A stretch of 57,623 bases of DNA from a virus. The position numbers were made by a program, and so were the translations under genes. The notes beneath the pieces are model-generated. The model searched no databases. It was not told the origin of the DNA and worked only from the letters and a program-made list of their open reading frames with translations. Where the stretch lies: the IMG/VR virus record IMGVR_UViG_3300048915_000124, positions 1 through 57,623 of that record. One strand, 5' to 3'. Below, one piece after another: positions 41,696-50,586 of this stretch; positions within the stretch are counted from its first letter, which is position 1; each line of letters begins with the position of its first letter.

Positions 41696-41989
41696 ATGCG
41701 CGTAGCAGTGTGGATCAACAACATTCACGACCTCGACGAACTCGACCGGCTCCACGTCTACTGCCGCCGGCAAGGCCACGAGGTCCACGCTGTCGTCCAC
41801 GACGCCGAAGGCATCGCCGACGCCGCCCGCATGTACGTCGACGGCGACATCGGCGCACTCGTCATCGTGTCCCGCAAGTGCCTGCCGCTCCCCCTGGAAA
41901 TCATCACCGTCGAGGTCGTGACCACGTTCCCTACGCAGCGTCGCCGGTCCGGGCAGATGCAGGGCCACCGCCCACGCCGTCTCCGCTGA
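41696..41989 (+). CDS. small protein resembling a serine-recombinase N-terminal domain but lacking the catalytic Ser
   Basis: GAAAGGGG RBS and about 90% G/C third positions. MRVAVWINNIHD..RLHVYCRRQGHEVHAVVHD..GALVIVSRKCL. Compare the resolvase MR.A.Y.R.S pattern, where N replaces S. The 3' end overlaps the int 3' end by 59 nt. Confidence 0.4.
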   Translation: MRVAVWINNIHDLDELDRLHVYCRRQGHEVHAVVHDAEGIADAARMYVDGDIGALVIVSRKCLPLPLEIITVEVVTTFPTQRRRSGQMQGHRPRRLR

Positions 41990-42818
41990 GATCCGGCAAC
42001 ATCAGCATCGCCTGTTGCAGCCGGTCCATCCGTACCTCTGTGTACCGCTGCGTCGTCGTCAGCAGAGAATGCCGCATCAACTCCTGCACCCACCGGACGT
42101 TGCCGCACTGGTCGAGCAGCGTGGTGGCGTACCAGTGCCGCAACCGTCGCAACGTCACGTCGACGCCCAGACGCCGCACATGGCGCGCGGTCGCACTACT
42201 CACCCACCGCGCGTCAGCCGGCCTACCGTCCCGCTGACGGGTCACCGGCCCCGGTGGTAGATCACGCACCGCACGCCACACCACGGGATGCATCGGCAGC
42301 TTCGCCGGCTTGTCGCCCTTGCCGTGCTGCACAACGATCACCCTTGCGGTCATATCCTGCCGGCGCAGCGCCGCGATCTCGATCGGGCGCAGCCCTCCGT
42401 ACGCGGCGAGGATGCAATGCAGGCGGAACGGCTGCCGCGCCTGCGTCACACACAACCGCACCACGTCGGTTGTCGCCGGGCTCGGCACACCGCGTGGGAC
42501 CTTCGGCCGTTTGATCCGCGCCATCGGGTTGTGCGACAGCCACGGCGGGTCGTCGTCGCCCTCGACCGCCCACGTGTAGCAGCGCCGCAGGTGTCCCCCA
42601 TAGGTCGACCGGGTCTGGTTGACGGGGAACCGGTCGAGCCAGTCACGGATTTCGACCGGGTGCGCCTCGGGGACACCACGGGGAAGCTCACGATGTGCCC
42701 GGTACAGCACGTACCGGGCCCTGTCGATGGTGCGCGGCGAATACTCTTCCTCGCGCAGGTACATCAGATGCGCCTCGATCATGCGGTCCACGGTGGTCAT
42801 ATCAGCCACACTCGTCAC
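41931..42818 (-). CDS. int: tyrosine integrase (XerC/D-like, 295 aa)
   Basis: GGLRPIEIAAL (Arg I), LRRLRHWYAT (H-x-x-R box region), LMRHSLLTTTQRYT (His and the catalytic Tyr). Confidence 0.9.
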   Translation of the reverse strand: MTSVADMTTVDRMIEAHLMYLREEEYSPRTIDRARYVLYRAHRELPRGVPEAHPVEIRDWLDRFPVNQTRSTYGGHLRRCYTWAVEGDDDPPWLSHNPMARIKRPKVPRGVPSPATTDVVRLCVTQARQPFRLHCILAAYGGLRPIEIAALRRQDMTARVIVVQHGKGDKPAKLPMHPVVWRAVRDLPPGPVTRQRDGRPADARWVSSATARHVRRLGVDVTLRRLRHWYATTLLDQCGNVRWVQELMRHSLLTTTQRYTEVRMDRLQQAMLMLPDLSGDGVGGGPASARTGDAA

Positions 42819-43210
42819 GCTGCGACGGGTGCCACCCCGACCGGCCGGACATGGTCCGCCCCGGCGTCACCCGACCGGGGTCGTCCATTCGAGCTGACGA
42901 TGAGCAGCCGATCCATGATGTTGCGGATCCGGCTCAGCCGAACGGTTGGTGTGAGATACCGACCGGTAATGCCACCTTTCCCGGGTTGGATCAAGTCGCG
43001 GGGATCCACGCCGAGCGCGATGGCGATCCGTTCGATCTCGTCCAGGTCAAACGCGATATCTCCAGTGAGACGCCGGGACAGCGCCGACTGAGTGAGCCCG
43101 ACCTGTTGTGCCAGACGGGATTGGCTGATCCGCCGTCGTGCCATCAGGGCACGGACCTCCTCGGCTGCCGTTTCGCGGAGCGGCGCCGGCAGGGCGGGGG
43201 ATGTCGTCAT
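42815..43210 (-). CDS. XRE-family immunity repressor (CI-like), co-transcribed with int
   Basis: ATG at 43210 inside ORF 42815..43570. ISQSRLAQQVGLTQSALSRRLTGDIAFDLDEIERIAIALGV. Its stop overlaps the int start (ATGA). Confidence 0.7.
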   Translation of the reverse strand: MTTSPALPAPLRETAAEEVRALMARRRISQSRLAQQVGLTQSALSRRLTGDIAFDLDEIERIAIALGVDPRDLIQPGKGGITGRYLTPTVRLSRIRNIMDRLLIVSSNGRPRSGDAGADHVRPVGVAPVAA

Positions 43211-43241
43211 AGAGATCAGTCTGATGTCCGGAGCGAGCAGA

Positions 43242-43323
43242 GTCAACGCTGAGCGGGCAAACGGATCGCTATGCGAGCATCCTGCCCGCTCGGTGGGTTG
43301 ACTTACCCGCTCAGTGGGTAGAC
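43242..43323. promoter_or_regulatory. immunity switch: operator repeats and divergent promoters
   Basis: Tandem 19-mers GCCCGCTCGGTGGGTTGAC (43284) and ACCCGCTCAGTGGGTAGAC (43305), plus an inverted related copy at 43242..43258. TTGACT -35-like hexamers face both ways. Both flanking ATGs lack an RBS and look leaderless. Confidence 0.55.
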
Positions 43324-43324
43324 G

Positions 43325-43567
43325 ATGCTCTACATGGGTGAGCCAGTCACAGAGACGGTAGCGGGCGAAGTCCGCGCCGAAATTGCCCGCCAGAAGATTG
43401 ACCGGCGAAAGCTCGCCGCAGACGCGGGGATGTCCCGTTCCGCGCTCGCCCGCCGCCTGTCCGGCACCGTGCCGTTCGACGTGTCCGAGTTGCAGCGCAT
43501 CGCCGTCGCGCTCGGGAAACCAGCCGCGCACTTCCTGCCCGCCGCCGAGGTGGCGTCCACCCCCTGA
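43325..43567 (+). CDS. Cro-like XRE-family HTH protein
   Basis: IDRRKLAADAGMSRSALARRLSGTVPFDVSELQRIAVALGK. Paralogous to the repressor HTH and divergently arranged. Confidence 0.65.
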   Translation: MLYMGEPVTETVAGEVRAEIARQKIDRRKLAADAGMSRSALARRLSGTVPFDVSELQRIAVALGKPAAHFLPAAEVASTP

Positions 43568-43651
43568 CACACAGAGAGGACGGGTCGCCGCCTGCCCGCG
43601 ACGACCCGCCCACTACCCGCCCACATCGCAACACCCGGGAGGCACCCCGAA

Positions 43652-44044
43652 ATGTCCAACATCAACGGTACCGCCAACGGCAAATCCGCGCGTGACGCCC
43701 TCATCGCAGGACTCAGGCAACTAGCTGACTGGTACGAAGCCCACCCCGACGTGCCCGCCCCCTGGTATCCGGAACTCGCCCACTGCGTCATGTCCAGCGA
43801 CGACGACACGGGGGTCGCCGAGGTCCAGACCATCGCCAACGCGGCCGTCGTCCCCACGACGGTGGACGAGCACGGCGCGGACGCCTGCCGCATGTTCGAC
43901 GGGCTCCGCTTCCACGTCTTCTACGTGCGCCGCGATGTGGTGGCGGACTGGGACGCGTTGACCTCATACCGGGGCGCGGTCCACGCCGATGAGCCGGTCG
44001 CGGATCTGGGTGACGTGCTGCGCTGGACGGCGGTCCAGTCATGA
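43652..44044 (+). CDS. hypothetical protein (130 aa)
   Basis: ORF track. First gene of a long chain of 4-nt overlapping genes. Confidence 0.55.
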   Translation: MSNINGTANGKSARDALIAGLRQLADWYEAHPDVPAPWYPELAHCVMSSDDDTGVAEVQTIANAAVVPTTVDEHGADACRMFDGLRFHVFYVRRDVVADWDALTSYRGAVHADEPVADLGDVLRWTAVQS

Positions 44045-44250
44045 GCGAGACGCCGACGTACCCGAACGTGACCGTGCACCTGTCCACCGGTCAGGACGGC
44101 AACGTCTTCGCCGTCATCGGCACCGTTCGTCGGGCGCTGGACCGTGAGGTCGGCACGAACGCCGCCGTTCAGTTCGTCACCGACGCGTTCGCCTGCGGCT
44201 CGTACGACGAGGTTCTGCGGCTCGTCATGTCCACTGTGGACGTGACGTGA
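44041..44250 (+). CDS. hypothetical protein (69 aa)
   Basis: ORF track. ATGA coupling. Confidence 0.55.
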   Translation: MSETPTYPNVTVHLSTGQDGNVFAVIGTVRRALDREVGTNAAVQFVTDAFACGSYDEVLRLVMSTVDVT

Positions 44251-44480
44251 TGACCGCCGCGAACCTCGCCGTCTTCGTCGGCTGCACCGGCGACCTCCAC
44301 ACCGCCGAAGTCCACCCCGCCCGCCGCGACACCGACATGGTGGTTCGGGTCCGGATCCTCGACGCGCGACGGGTGTGGAACCGCACCGACTACCTCGTCA
44401 CCCCCGTTGCGGGGCGCGGGCAGCAGTGGATTGCCGCGAACCGGGTCGATGACCTCACCACCCCGGGCGGCCCGTCGTGA
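44247..44480 (+). CDS. hypothetical protein (77 aa)
   Basis: ORF track. Stop/start overlap. Confidence 0.5.
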   Translation: MMTAANLAVFVGCTGDLHTAEVHPARRDTDMVVRVRILDARRVWNRTDYLVTPVAGRGQQWIAANRVDDLTTPGGPS

Positions 44481-44689
44481 ACGGGCCGTGGCTCGACACC
44501 CCGGCCGGCGTCGTCTGGGCCGTCATCCACCTCCCCGGCCGGCGCGGCAACGGCGCCATCACCCACATCACCGCCGACTCAGGCGACGCCGACATGTACG
44601 CCCGCACCGTGCGTGGCGTGATCGTCGCGCTGCCCGTTGTCGCGGACTACCGCACCGACCCGCCCACTGCCCAGGGAGAACCGTCATGA
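44477..44689 (+). CDS. hypothetical protein (70 aa)
   Basis: ORF track. Stop/start overlap. Confidence 0.5.
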   Translation: MNGPWLDTPAGVVWAVIHLPGRRGNGAITHITADSGDADMYARTVRGVIVALPVVADYRTDPPTAQGEPS

Positions 44690-45105
44690 CCGACACCGAC
44701 CCGATCACCATCGCCCGCGCTGTCGAGGCCGGCGCCGCCTGGTTCGACCAGCAGGACGTGCCGGACTGGGTCGACCGGATCGACCCCGACCGGCTCCGGA
44801 CCCTCGACTATCTCGACTGCCCCGCCGGGCAGATGTACGGCGACTTCTACAAGGCCCCGTTCGGCGAAGACTTCGACGCCGTCGCGCACGGGTTCGACGC
44901 CAACACCTACAACGAGTACGCGCAGCTCGACGCCGAATGGCGGCGCCTCATCACCGCCCGCCGCACCGTCGCCGTCATCCCCGACGGGATCGACTTCGAC
45001 ATCGAGTGCGGCGTGTGCGGGGAGCGTGTCCGCAACGTCGCCACCGACCCGCGCGAGGCCCGGCGGGTCGCCGACCAGCACGTCTGCGACGGCGGTGCGT
45101 CATGA
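44686..45105 (+). CDS. hypothetical protein (139 aa)
   Basis: Internal ATG of ORF 44407..45105 overlapping the upstream stop (ATGA). Confidence 0.55.
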   Translation: MTDTDPITIARAVEAGAAWFDQQDVPDWVDRIDPDRLRTLDYLDCPAGQMYGDFYKAPFGEDFDAVAHGFDANTYNEYAQLDAEWRRLITARRTVAVIPDGIDFDIECGVCGERVRNVATDPREARRVADQHVCDGGAS

Positions 45106-45464
45106 CCGACCCCAACACCCCCGACCTCGACACCACCGACCGGGCCGACCAGTTCACCCGCCGCGTCACCCTCTACGCCGACACCTGCGAACTCGTCGAA
45201 ATCGCCGTCCGGCGGCAGTTGCTCGACGGGCAGATGGCCCACGGCGACCGGGCCGCCTACCGGACCATCCTCAACCGGCTCCACACCCATCAGGTCGACT
45301 TCCTCGTCGCGTTCCTCGCGAACGTGTGCAGCGAACTGGCCACCGCCGCCGCCGAATACTCCGAGACCAGCGTCGACGCGATCGTGGCGGACATCCACGA
45401 GGCCGCGGCGGCCGCGATCGACGCGGCTGAGCGGGAGTACCTCGAATCGGGGTACCTGCCGTGA
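45102..45464 (+). CDS. hypothetical helical protein (120 aa)
   Basis: Internal ATG of ORF 44637..45464 overlapping the upstream stop. Confidence 0.55.
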   Translation: MTDPNTPDLDTTDRADQFTRRVTLYADTCELVEIAVRRQLLDGQMAHGDRAAYRTILNRLHTHQVDFLVAFLANVCSELATAAAEYSETSVDAIVADIHEAAAAAIDAAEREYLESGYLP

Positions 45465-46132
45465 CCCGCCGGCTGCTCGACCTGTTCTGCGGTGCCGGCG
45501 GCGCCGGGATGGGCTACCACCAGGCCGGGTTCGAGGTCGTCGGGGTGGACATCGAACCGCAGCCGCGGTACCCGTTCGAGTTCCACAAGGCAGACGCCAT
45601 GACGTTCCCGCTCGACGGGTTCGACGCGGTACACGCGAGCCCACCATGCCAGGACCACACCGAACTCGCCTTCGGGAAACTAGGCCGCCGCGAGGCGCAT
45701 GGCACCGGCTGGATGCTCCCCGCCACCACCGACCGGCTCGGCGTCTCAGGACTGCCGTACGTCATCGAGAACGTGCCGCGGGCGCACCTGCCGGGCGCGT
45801 TCATACTCTGCGGCCGGTCGTTCGGTATCGAGCGGTTGAAGCGGCACCGCAAGTTCCTCGTGAACTTCCCGATCCTCGTCCCGCCGTGCGCCTGTTCCCG
45901 CAAGGTCAAGCCGCTGGGCGTGTACGGCGACATGAGCAAGAACGACCGTTCGATGGGCAGACACAATCCGGACGGCTACCAGCGGATGCGCGCCGGAGTG
46001 GACACCGCGCGCAGGTTGCTGGACTGCCCGTGGATGGAGGCTGCCGAACTCTCGCAGGCGATCCCCCCGGTGTACACGCGGTTCATCGGTGAGCAGTTGC
46101 TCGCTCATCTCGGCTCGGCGGTGACGCCGTGA
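45461..46132 (+). CDS. DNA (cytosine-5) methyltransferase, short form
   Basis: Motif I LDLFCGAGGAGMG, motif IV ASPPCQD, motif VI YVIENVP, C-terminal QAIPPVYTRFIG. Only 223 aa and no adjacent restriction gene. Confidence 0.8.
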   Translation: MTRRLLDLFCGAGGAGMGYHQAGFEVVGVDIEPQPRYPFEFHKADAMTFPLDGFDAVHASPPCQDHTELAFGKLGRREAHGTGWMLPATTDRLGVSGLPYVIENVPRAHLPGAFILCGRSFGIERLKRHRKFLVNFPILVPPCACSRKVKPLGVYGDMSKNDRSMGRHNPDGYQRMRAGVDTARRLLDCPWMEAAELSQAIPPVYTRFIGEQLLAHLGSAVTP

Positions 46133-46755
46133 ACGTCGTCGGACTCGACCTGTCGTTGACCTCGACCGGGGTTGCGGGGACCACGTGCGGCGACGTGTGG
46201 ACCGCCCGGATCCGGCCACCCGCCAAACTCACCGGCCACGACCGGCTCAACTACATCCGCCGCACCATCCTCGACTTCTACCTGCCCGGTGTCGCCCTCG
46301 TCGTGGTCGAGGGCCCGTCGCTGCGTAGCCCCGGCAAGTACGCCCACGAAAGCGCCGGCCTGTGGTGGCTCGTCACCCACTCCCTGTGGCGCGCGAAGAC
46401 GCCGACCGCGATCGTGCCGCCGAACAACCGGGCGCAGTACGCGACCGGGCTCGGCGACGCGAACAAGCGTGAGGTGATCGCGTCGGTCGCCGAACTGTTC
46501 CCGTGGTTCAACGTCGGCCGGCGGCCCGGGCTCGCCGACGAGGCTGACGCGCTCGTCCTCGCGGCGATGGGCTGCGACTGGGCCGGGGAACCCCTCGTCG
46601 TGGTGCCGGCGAAACACCGCGCGGCGCTTGACGGCTGCGTCTGGCCGACCCTGCCCCCGAAGAGTCCCCTGTCCGCCGCCGTGACCGTCCTGGGCCCACC
46701 ACAACGGGTGTCTCCGGCGGCGGATGGGGGTGCAACCCCAGGAATCCTGCCATGA
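46129..46755 (+). CDS. RuvC-like Holliday-junction resolvase
   Basis: VVGLDLSLTSTG (Asp), LVVVEGPS (Glu), LADEADALVLAAMG (Asp-x-x-Asp region). Confidence 0.7.
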   Translation: MNVVGLDLSLTSTGVAGTTCGDVWTARIRPPAKLTGHDRLNYIRRTILDFYLPGVALVVVEGPSLRSPGKYAHESAGLWWLVTHSLWRAKTPTAIVPPNNRAQYATGLGDANKREVIASVAELFPWFNVGRRPGLADEADALVLAAMGCDWAGEPLVVVPAKHRAALDGCVWPTLPPKSPLSAAVTVLGPPQRVSPAADGGATPGILP

Positions 46756-47210
46756 CCCCGCCAACCCGGCCCCCCGACCTGCGCGGCGCCGCCTGCCGCA
46801 ACGTCGAGGACAAGGACATCTTCTTCCCGTTCCCGGGGAACTACGCCGCCGTCGACGCCGCCAAGGCGATCTGCCGGGGCTGCCCCGTCCTCGCCGCGTG
46901 CCGCCCCTGGGCCCTCGCTGTCGCCCGCGACATGTACGCCAACCGGCAGGACATGCAGGGCGTGTGGGCGGGGATGTCCGAACGGGACCGGCAGCCGTAC
47001 CTCACGGTCCGGGCCGAGTGCGGCACCGACGCCGGGTTCTGGCTGCACGTCCGGTTGGGGGAGCGGACGTGTCCGGCGTGCCGGGCGGTGCACCGCTACG
47101 TGCGGGAACACGGCCCGGCGGCGACAGCGGCCCGGAATGAGCGGCGCCGTGGGCATCGGGCGGCGTGCAACGCGGCGGCTGTGGTTGACGTGTCGGCGGT
47201 GGCGTCGTGA
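46752..47210 (+). CDS. WhiB-like transcription factor with C-terminal extension
   Basis: Four Cys (AACRNV...AICRGCPVLAAC) and GVWAGMSE (G[VI]WGG-type turn). Confidence 0.8.
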   Translation: MTPPTRPPDLRGAACRNVEDKDIFFPFPGNYAAVDAAKAICRGCPVLAACRPWALAVARDMYANRQDMQGVWAGMSERDRQPYLTVRAECGTDAGFWLHVRLGERTCPACRAVHRYVREHGPAATAARNERRRGHRAACNAAAVVDVSAVAS

Positions 47211-48526
47211 CGGGCCGGGCGCTGGTGCTGCGGGGCGACGCCCGCCGCCTGCCGCTGCCCGACGCGTCGGTCGACGCGATCGTCTGCGACCCGCCATACG
47301 GCCTTGGCTTCATGGGCAAGGAATGGGACAGCGGCAAAAGTTTCGTGGAACGCAAGGCCGCCCGGTCCAACACGTTCGATCACGTCGGCGGCAACCACAA
47401 CCCGGTCGACAACGCCGACGCCGCCCGCACCCGCAGAGTTGAAGCCGCGAAGTTCGGCCGGTGGTGCGAGACGTGGGCGGCTGAGGCGTTGCGGGTGTTG
47501 AAGCCGGGCGGGTGGCTGGTCGCGTTCGGCGGTACCCGCACCTGGCACCGGCTCGCCTGCGCGGTCGAAGACGCTGGGTTCGAGATCCGCGACAACATCG
47601 GCCACGGCTGCTGTATGGCCTGGGTTCAAGGTCAAGGTTTCCCGAAAGGGGAGAACGCGCTCAAGCCGGCATGGGAGCCGATCATTTTGGCGCGGCGTCC
47701 GCTGGCCGGCACGGTCGCCGGGAATGTGTTGGCGTACGGCACGGGCGCGCTCAACATCGACGGCTGCCGGATTGGTGCCGGGCTTGACTATCACGAATTG
47801 CGGGTTACGCAAGGCGGCAAAGATGGCGGCGGCTTTGATGTTGGATCAAGCAACGGAACGCGACACACCACGTTTAGACCGGCCGCTGGCCGGTGGCCCA
47901 CCAACGTCGTCCTGTCCCACGTCCCGCTGCTCGACGACGACGGCTTCCCGGTTGGGGATGCGTGCGAGTCGGGGTGTGTGCCGGGCTGCCCGGTCGCCGA
48001 ACTCGACGCGCAGAGCGGCGACCGGCCTAGCACGGGCACACCGACCCGGCCCGCACGACCGGGGATCGGAACGACGGGAGGCTACGGTGGGGCGCTCGGC
48101 CTAAACACGCAGGGACCGCTTTACTCCGACTCCGGTGGCGCGTCCCGGTTCTTCCCCACCTTCCGCTACCAGGCCAAGGCCGACGACTGGGAACGCCCCA
48201 CCATCGGCGGCGTCGCCCACCCCACCGTCAAACCCCTCGACCTCATCCGGTGGCTGTGCCGGCTCATCACCCCACCCGGCGGGCTCATCCTCGACCAGTT
48301 CGCCGGCAGCGGCACCACCGTCGAGGCCGCGCTGCTTGAAGGGTTCCACGTCATCGGCGTCGAGCAGGACGCCGGCTACCTCCCGCACATCACGTACCGG
48401 GTTGACCGTGCCCGCCGCCGGATGCAACCCGGTGTCGCGCGGCTTGGCCGGACCCGCCCGACCCCGCCCACGACTGGGCAGGACGACCTGCTCAGTCTCC
48501 TCACCGAAGGGACCCCGCCGTCATGA
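47207..48526 (+). CDS. N6-adenine/N4-cytosine DNA methyltransferase (beta class)
   Basis: SVDAIVCDPPYGLGF (motif IV) is N-terminal to ILDQFAGSGTTVEAAL (motif I). No adjacent restriction gene. Confidence 0.8.
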   Translation: MTGRALVLRGDARRLPLPDASVDAIVCDPPYGLGFMGKEWDSGKSFVERKAARSNTFDHVGGNHNPVDNADAARTRRVEAAKFGRWCETWAAEALRVLKPGGWLVAFGGTRTWHRLACAVEDAGFEIRDNIGHGCCMAWVQGQGFPKGENALKPAWEPIILARRPLAGTVAGNVLAYGTGALNIDGCRIGAGLDYHELRVTQGGKDGGGFDVGSSNGTRHTTFRPAAGRWPTNVVLSHVPLLDDDGFPVGDACESGCVPGCPVAELDAQSGDRPSTGTPTRPARPGIGTTGGYGGALGLNTQGPLYSDSGGASRFFPTFRYQAKADDWERPTIGGVAHPTVKPLDLIRWLCRLITPPGGLILDQFAGSGTTVEAALLEGFHVIGVEQDAGYLPHITYRVDRARRRMQPGVARLGRTRPTPPTTGQDDLLSLLTEGTPPS

Positions 48527-48990
48527 CCGCCCGCATCGCCGCGAAATTCGCCAAAGACAAGCAGGAGTTGAACGGCCTCGACAACATCGCCGACCAGATC
48601 GTCACCGACAGCCACTCCTGGACCGGTGTCGCCGTCGTGCTCCTCGACTGCATCCGCGTCACCGACGAAGTCGACCAGGGCGGCGTCCTGATCCCCACCG
48701 TCCGGGTCAAGCACATCGAACCCCTCGGTGGGGAAGACGCCACGACCGCACACAAGCTCCTCAACACCGCCTACGAGGCGCGTACGGGGAAGACGCCGCT
48801 GCCGTTCGACGAGCCGGCCGACACCGACGACGTGGACCCGAACGTGTGCGGCCCGGTGTACGGCGACCCCCTCGACCAAACCCCGTACGGCTACTGCGAA
48901 GCGCCGCGTGGCCACGACACCGGCGACCAGCCCACCGCGCACGTGTACCGCCCCGACTGGACCCCCGAAACCGAGAAGAACGAGGACTGA
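48523..48990 (+). CDS. hypothetical protein (155 aa)
   Basis: ORF track. ATGA coupling. Confidence 0.55.
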   Translation: MTARIAAKFAKDKQELNGLDNIADQIVTDSHSWTGVAVVLLDCIRVTDEVDQGGVLIPTVRVKHIEPLGGEDATTAHKLLNTAYEARTGKTPLPFDEPADTDDVDPNVCGPVYGDPLDQTPYGYCEAPRGHDTGDQPTAHVYRPDWTPETEKNED

Positions 48991-48993
48991 CCG

Positions 48994-49197
48994 ATGCCTG
49001 ACCTGCCCATCGACGGGCCCCTTGTTGACCCGGCCGTCGCCAAGCGCTACGCCACCGCGCTCGCCGAACTCAACGCCCTCAAACGGATCGTCGCCACGCT
49101 CGACGACCTCGACGCCGCCAGCCGCAACCGCGCGTTGCGCTGGCTCACCGACCGGTACGCCGTCGACCTGTGCCCGAACGGCGGTGAGCCGTCGTGA
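48994..49197 (+). CDS. hypothetical protein (67 aa)
   Basis: ORF track. Confidence 0.5.
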   Translation: MPDLPIDGPLVDPAVAKRYATALAELNALKRIVATLDDLDAASRNRALRWLTDRYAVDLCPNGGEPS

Positions 49198-49682
49198 AGG
49201 TCTACCTCGCCGCTCGGTACAGCCGCCGACTCGAACTGTGCGATTACCGCGACCAACTCGCCGCCGCCGGCATCGACGTTGTCGGCCGCTGGCTCAACGG
49301 CTCCCACCAGTTGTCTGACACGGGTGTCCCGATCGGGGACACCGGCGAGGCCCTCGTCGAGGACGGCCACGGTGACCGGGCCGCCGCTCTGCGCGCGAAG
49401 TTCGCCACCGACGACTTCGACGACGTGATCGTCGCCGACATCGTCGTCGCGTTCACCGAACAGCCCCGTGCGAGCACGTCGCGGGGTGGCCGGCACGTCG
49501 AACTCGGCATCGCGCTGGGCACCGGAACACCGGTCATGGTCGTCGGGCCGCGCGAAAACGTCTTCTGCTGGCTGCCGGAGGTCAGCCAGTTCGACACGTG
49601 GGACGCCTGCCTCGACGCGTTGACCGCGTTCCACGAGTCATTTTGGTTCACCCTCGACGCCGCAGAGGGCGGCCCACGATGA
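49194..49682 (+). CDS. nucleoside 2-deoxyribosyltransferase-like protein
   Basis: MKVYLAARYS..., DDFDDVIVADIVVAF, SRGGRHVELGIALGTGTPVMVVG follow the NDT-like Rossmann pattern. Confidence 0.45.
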   Translation: MKVYLAARYSRRLELCDYRDQLAAAGIDVVGRWLNGSHQLSDTGVPIGDTGEALVEDGHGDRAAALRAKFATDDFDDVIVADIVVAFTEQPRASTSRGGRHVELGIALGTGTPVMVVGPRENVFCWLPEVSQFDTWDACLDALTAFHESFWFTLDAAEGGPR

Positions 49683-50068
49683 CCGCCACCACCCTCAGCC
49701 GACCGGTCCGGCCCTACACCGAAGACGGCCTCCGCGACGCCCTCCACGCCCTCGGCGCCCACGCCACCACCGTCGCCGAAACCCTCACCACCCACGGGCA
49801 CCGTGGGCAACGGGGCTGCGCGAGCCGCTGCCCCATCGCCCGGTACCTCGCCCATGAGTTCCCCGACGTGGTCGGTGTGGATGTCGACACCGACATCGCG
49901 ACACTGTGGCTGAGCGGCGACCCTGACGGCCACCACCTCGGCGACTGCCGGGTCACGGTGGATATGCCGTTGCCGGTCGCGGTGTTCGTGCGACGGTTCG
50001 ACGACCCCGCCGACATGTGGTACGTCGACCTCGACGAGGACGTGCCGTTGCCCGGGGCGACACCATGA
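49679..50068 (+). CDS. hypothetical protein (129 aa)
   Basis: Internal ATG of ORF 49598..50068 overlapping the upstream stop. Confidence 0.5.
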   Translation: MTATTLSRPVRPYTEDGLRDALHALGAHATTVAETLTTHGHRGQRGCASRCPIARYLAHEFPDVVGVDVDTDIATLWLSGDPDGHHLGDCRVTVDMPLPVAVFVRRFDDPADMWYVDLDEDVPLPGATP

Positions 50069-50586
50069 CCGCCGTCGTCGGGTGGCGCACCATGCTCGCC
50101 ACCGAAGCCACAGAACGGCAGATCGACACGTGGACCGGGCGGGGCTGGCTCGCCGGCACCCGCCCCGGGTCCGGGCGGCGCCGGGAATGGTCCGCCACCG
50201 AAGTCCCCGTCGCCCGGCTCATGGTCCGGCTCATCCGTGCCGGGCTGACCCCCGAAGCGGCGCACCGGGCCGCGCGCAGTCGGCTCGCCGGGCCAGCCAC
50301 CGTCGACCTCGGCGACGGCATCACGCTGACCGTCGACGCGCCGCCGCCGTGGCCACCCCACGCCGACCCCGTTCCAACCAACGGCGCCGAAATTGCGGTG
50401 CGGCAGGTGCCGCTGTGGGCCGAACTCGGCCCCGACGACACCACCCTCGCGAACGTCCTCCCCGAACTCCGCCCCATCCACGACCGCACACAGCGGTGGG
50501 GCCTCGAAGACCCCGACGAGCCCGACGACGACGGCGATTACATCCCGCGGCTGATCACCGCGCAGATCAGAGACGGACTCCTGTGA
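50065..50586 (+). CDS. hypothetical protein, possible N-terminal HTH (173 aa)
   Basis: Internal ATG of ORF 50017..50586. MLATEATERQIDTWTGRGWL... is MerR-like. Confidence 0.45.
   Translation: MTAVVGWRTMLATEATERQIDTWTGRGWLAGTRPGSGRRREWSATEVPVARLMVRLIRAGLTPEAAHRAARSRLAGPATVDLGDGITLTVDAPPPWPPHADPVPTNGAEIAVRQVPLWAELGPDDTTLANVLPELRPIHDRTQRWGLEDPDEPDDDGDYIPRLITAQIRDGLL

Noticed and set aside
44407-45101. The long N-terminal extensions offered by the ORF track (for example 44407..45105, 44637..45464, 52663..54144, 54220..55599, 22967..23662).
   Set aside because: The extensions are Arg/Pro-rich and overlap upstream genes in another frame. Internal ATG/GTG codons that overlap the upstream stop by 1-4 nt give compact, protein-like products.
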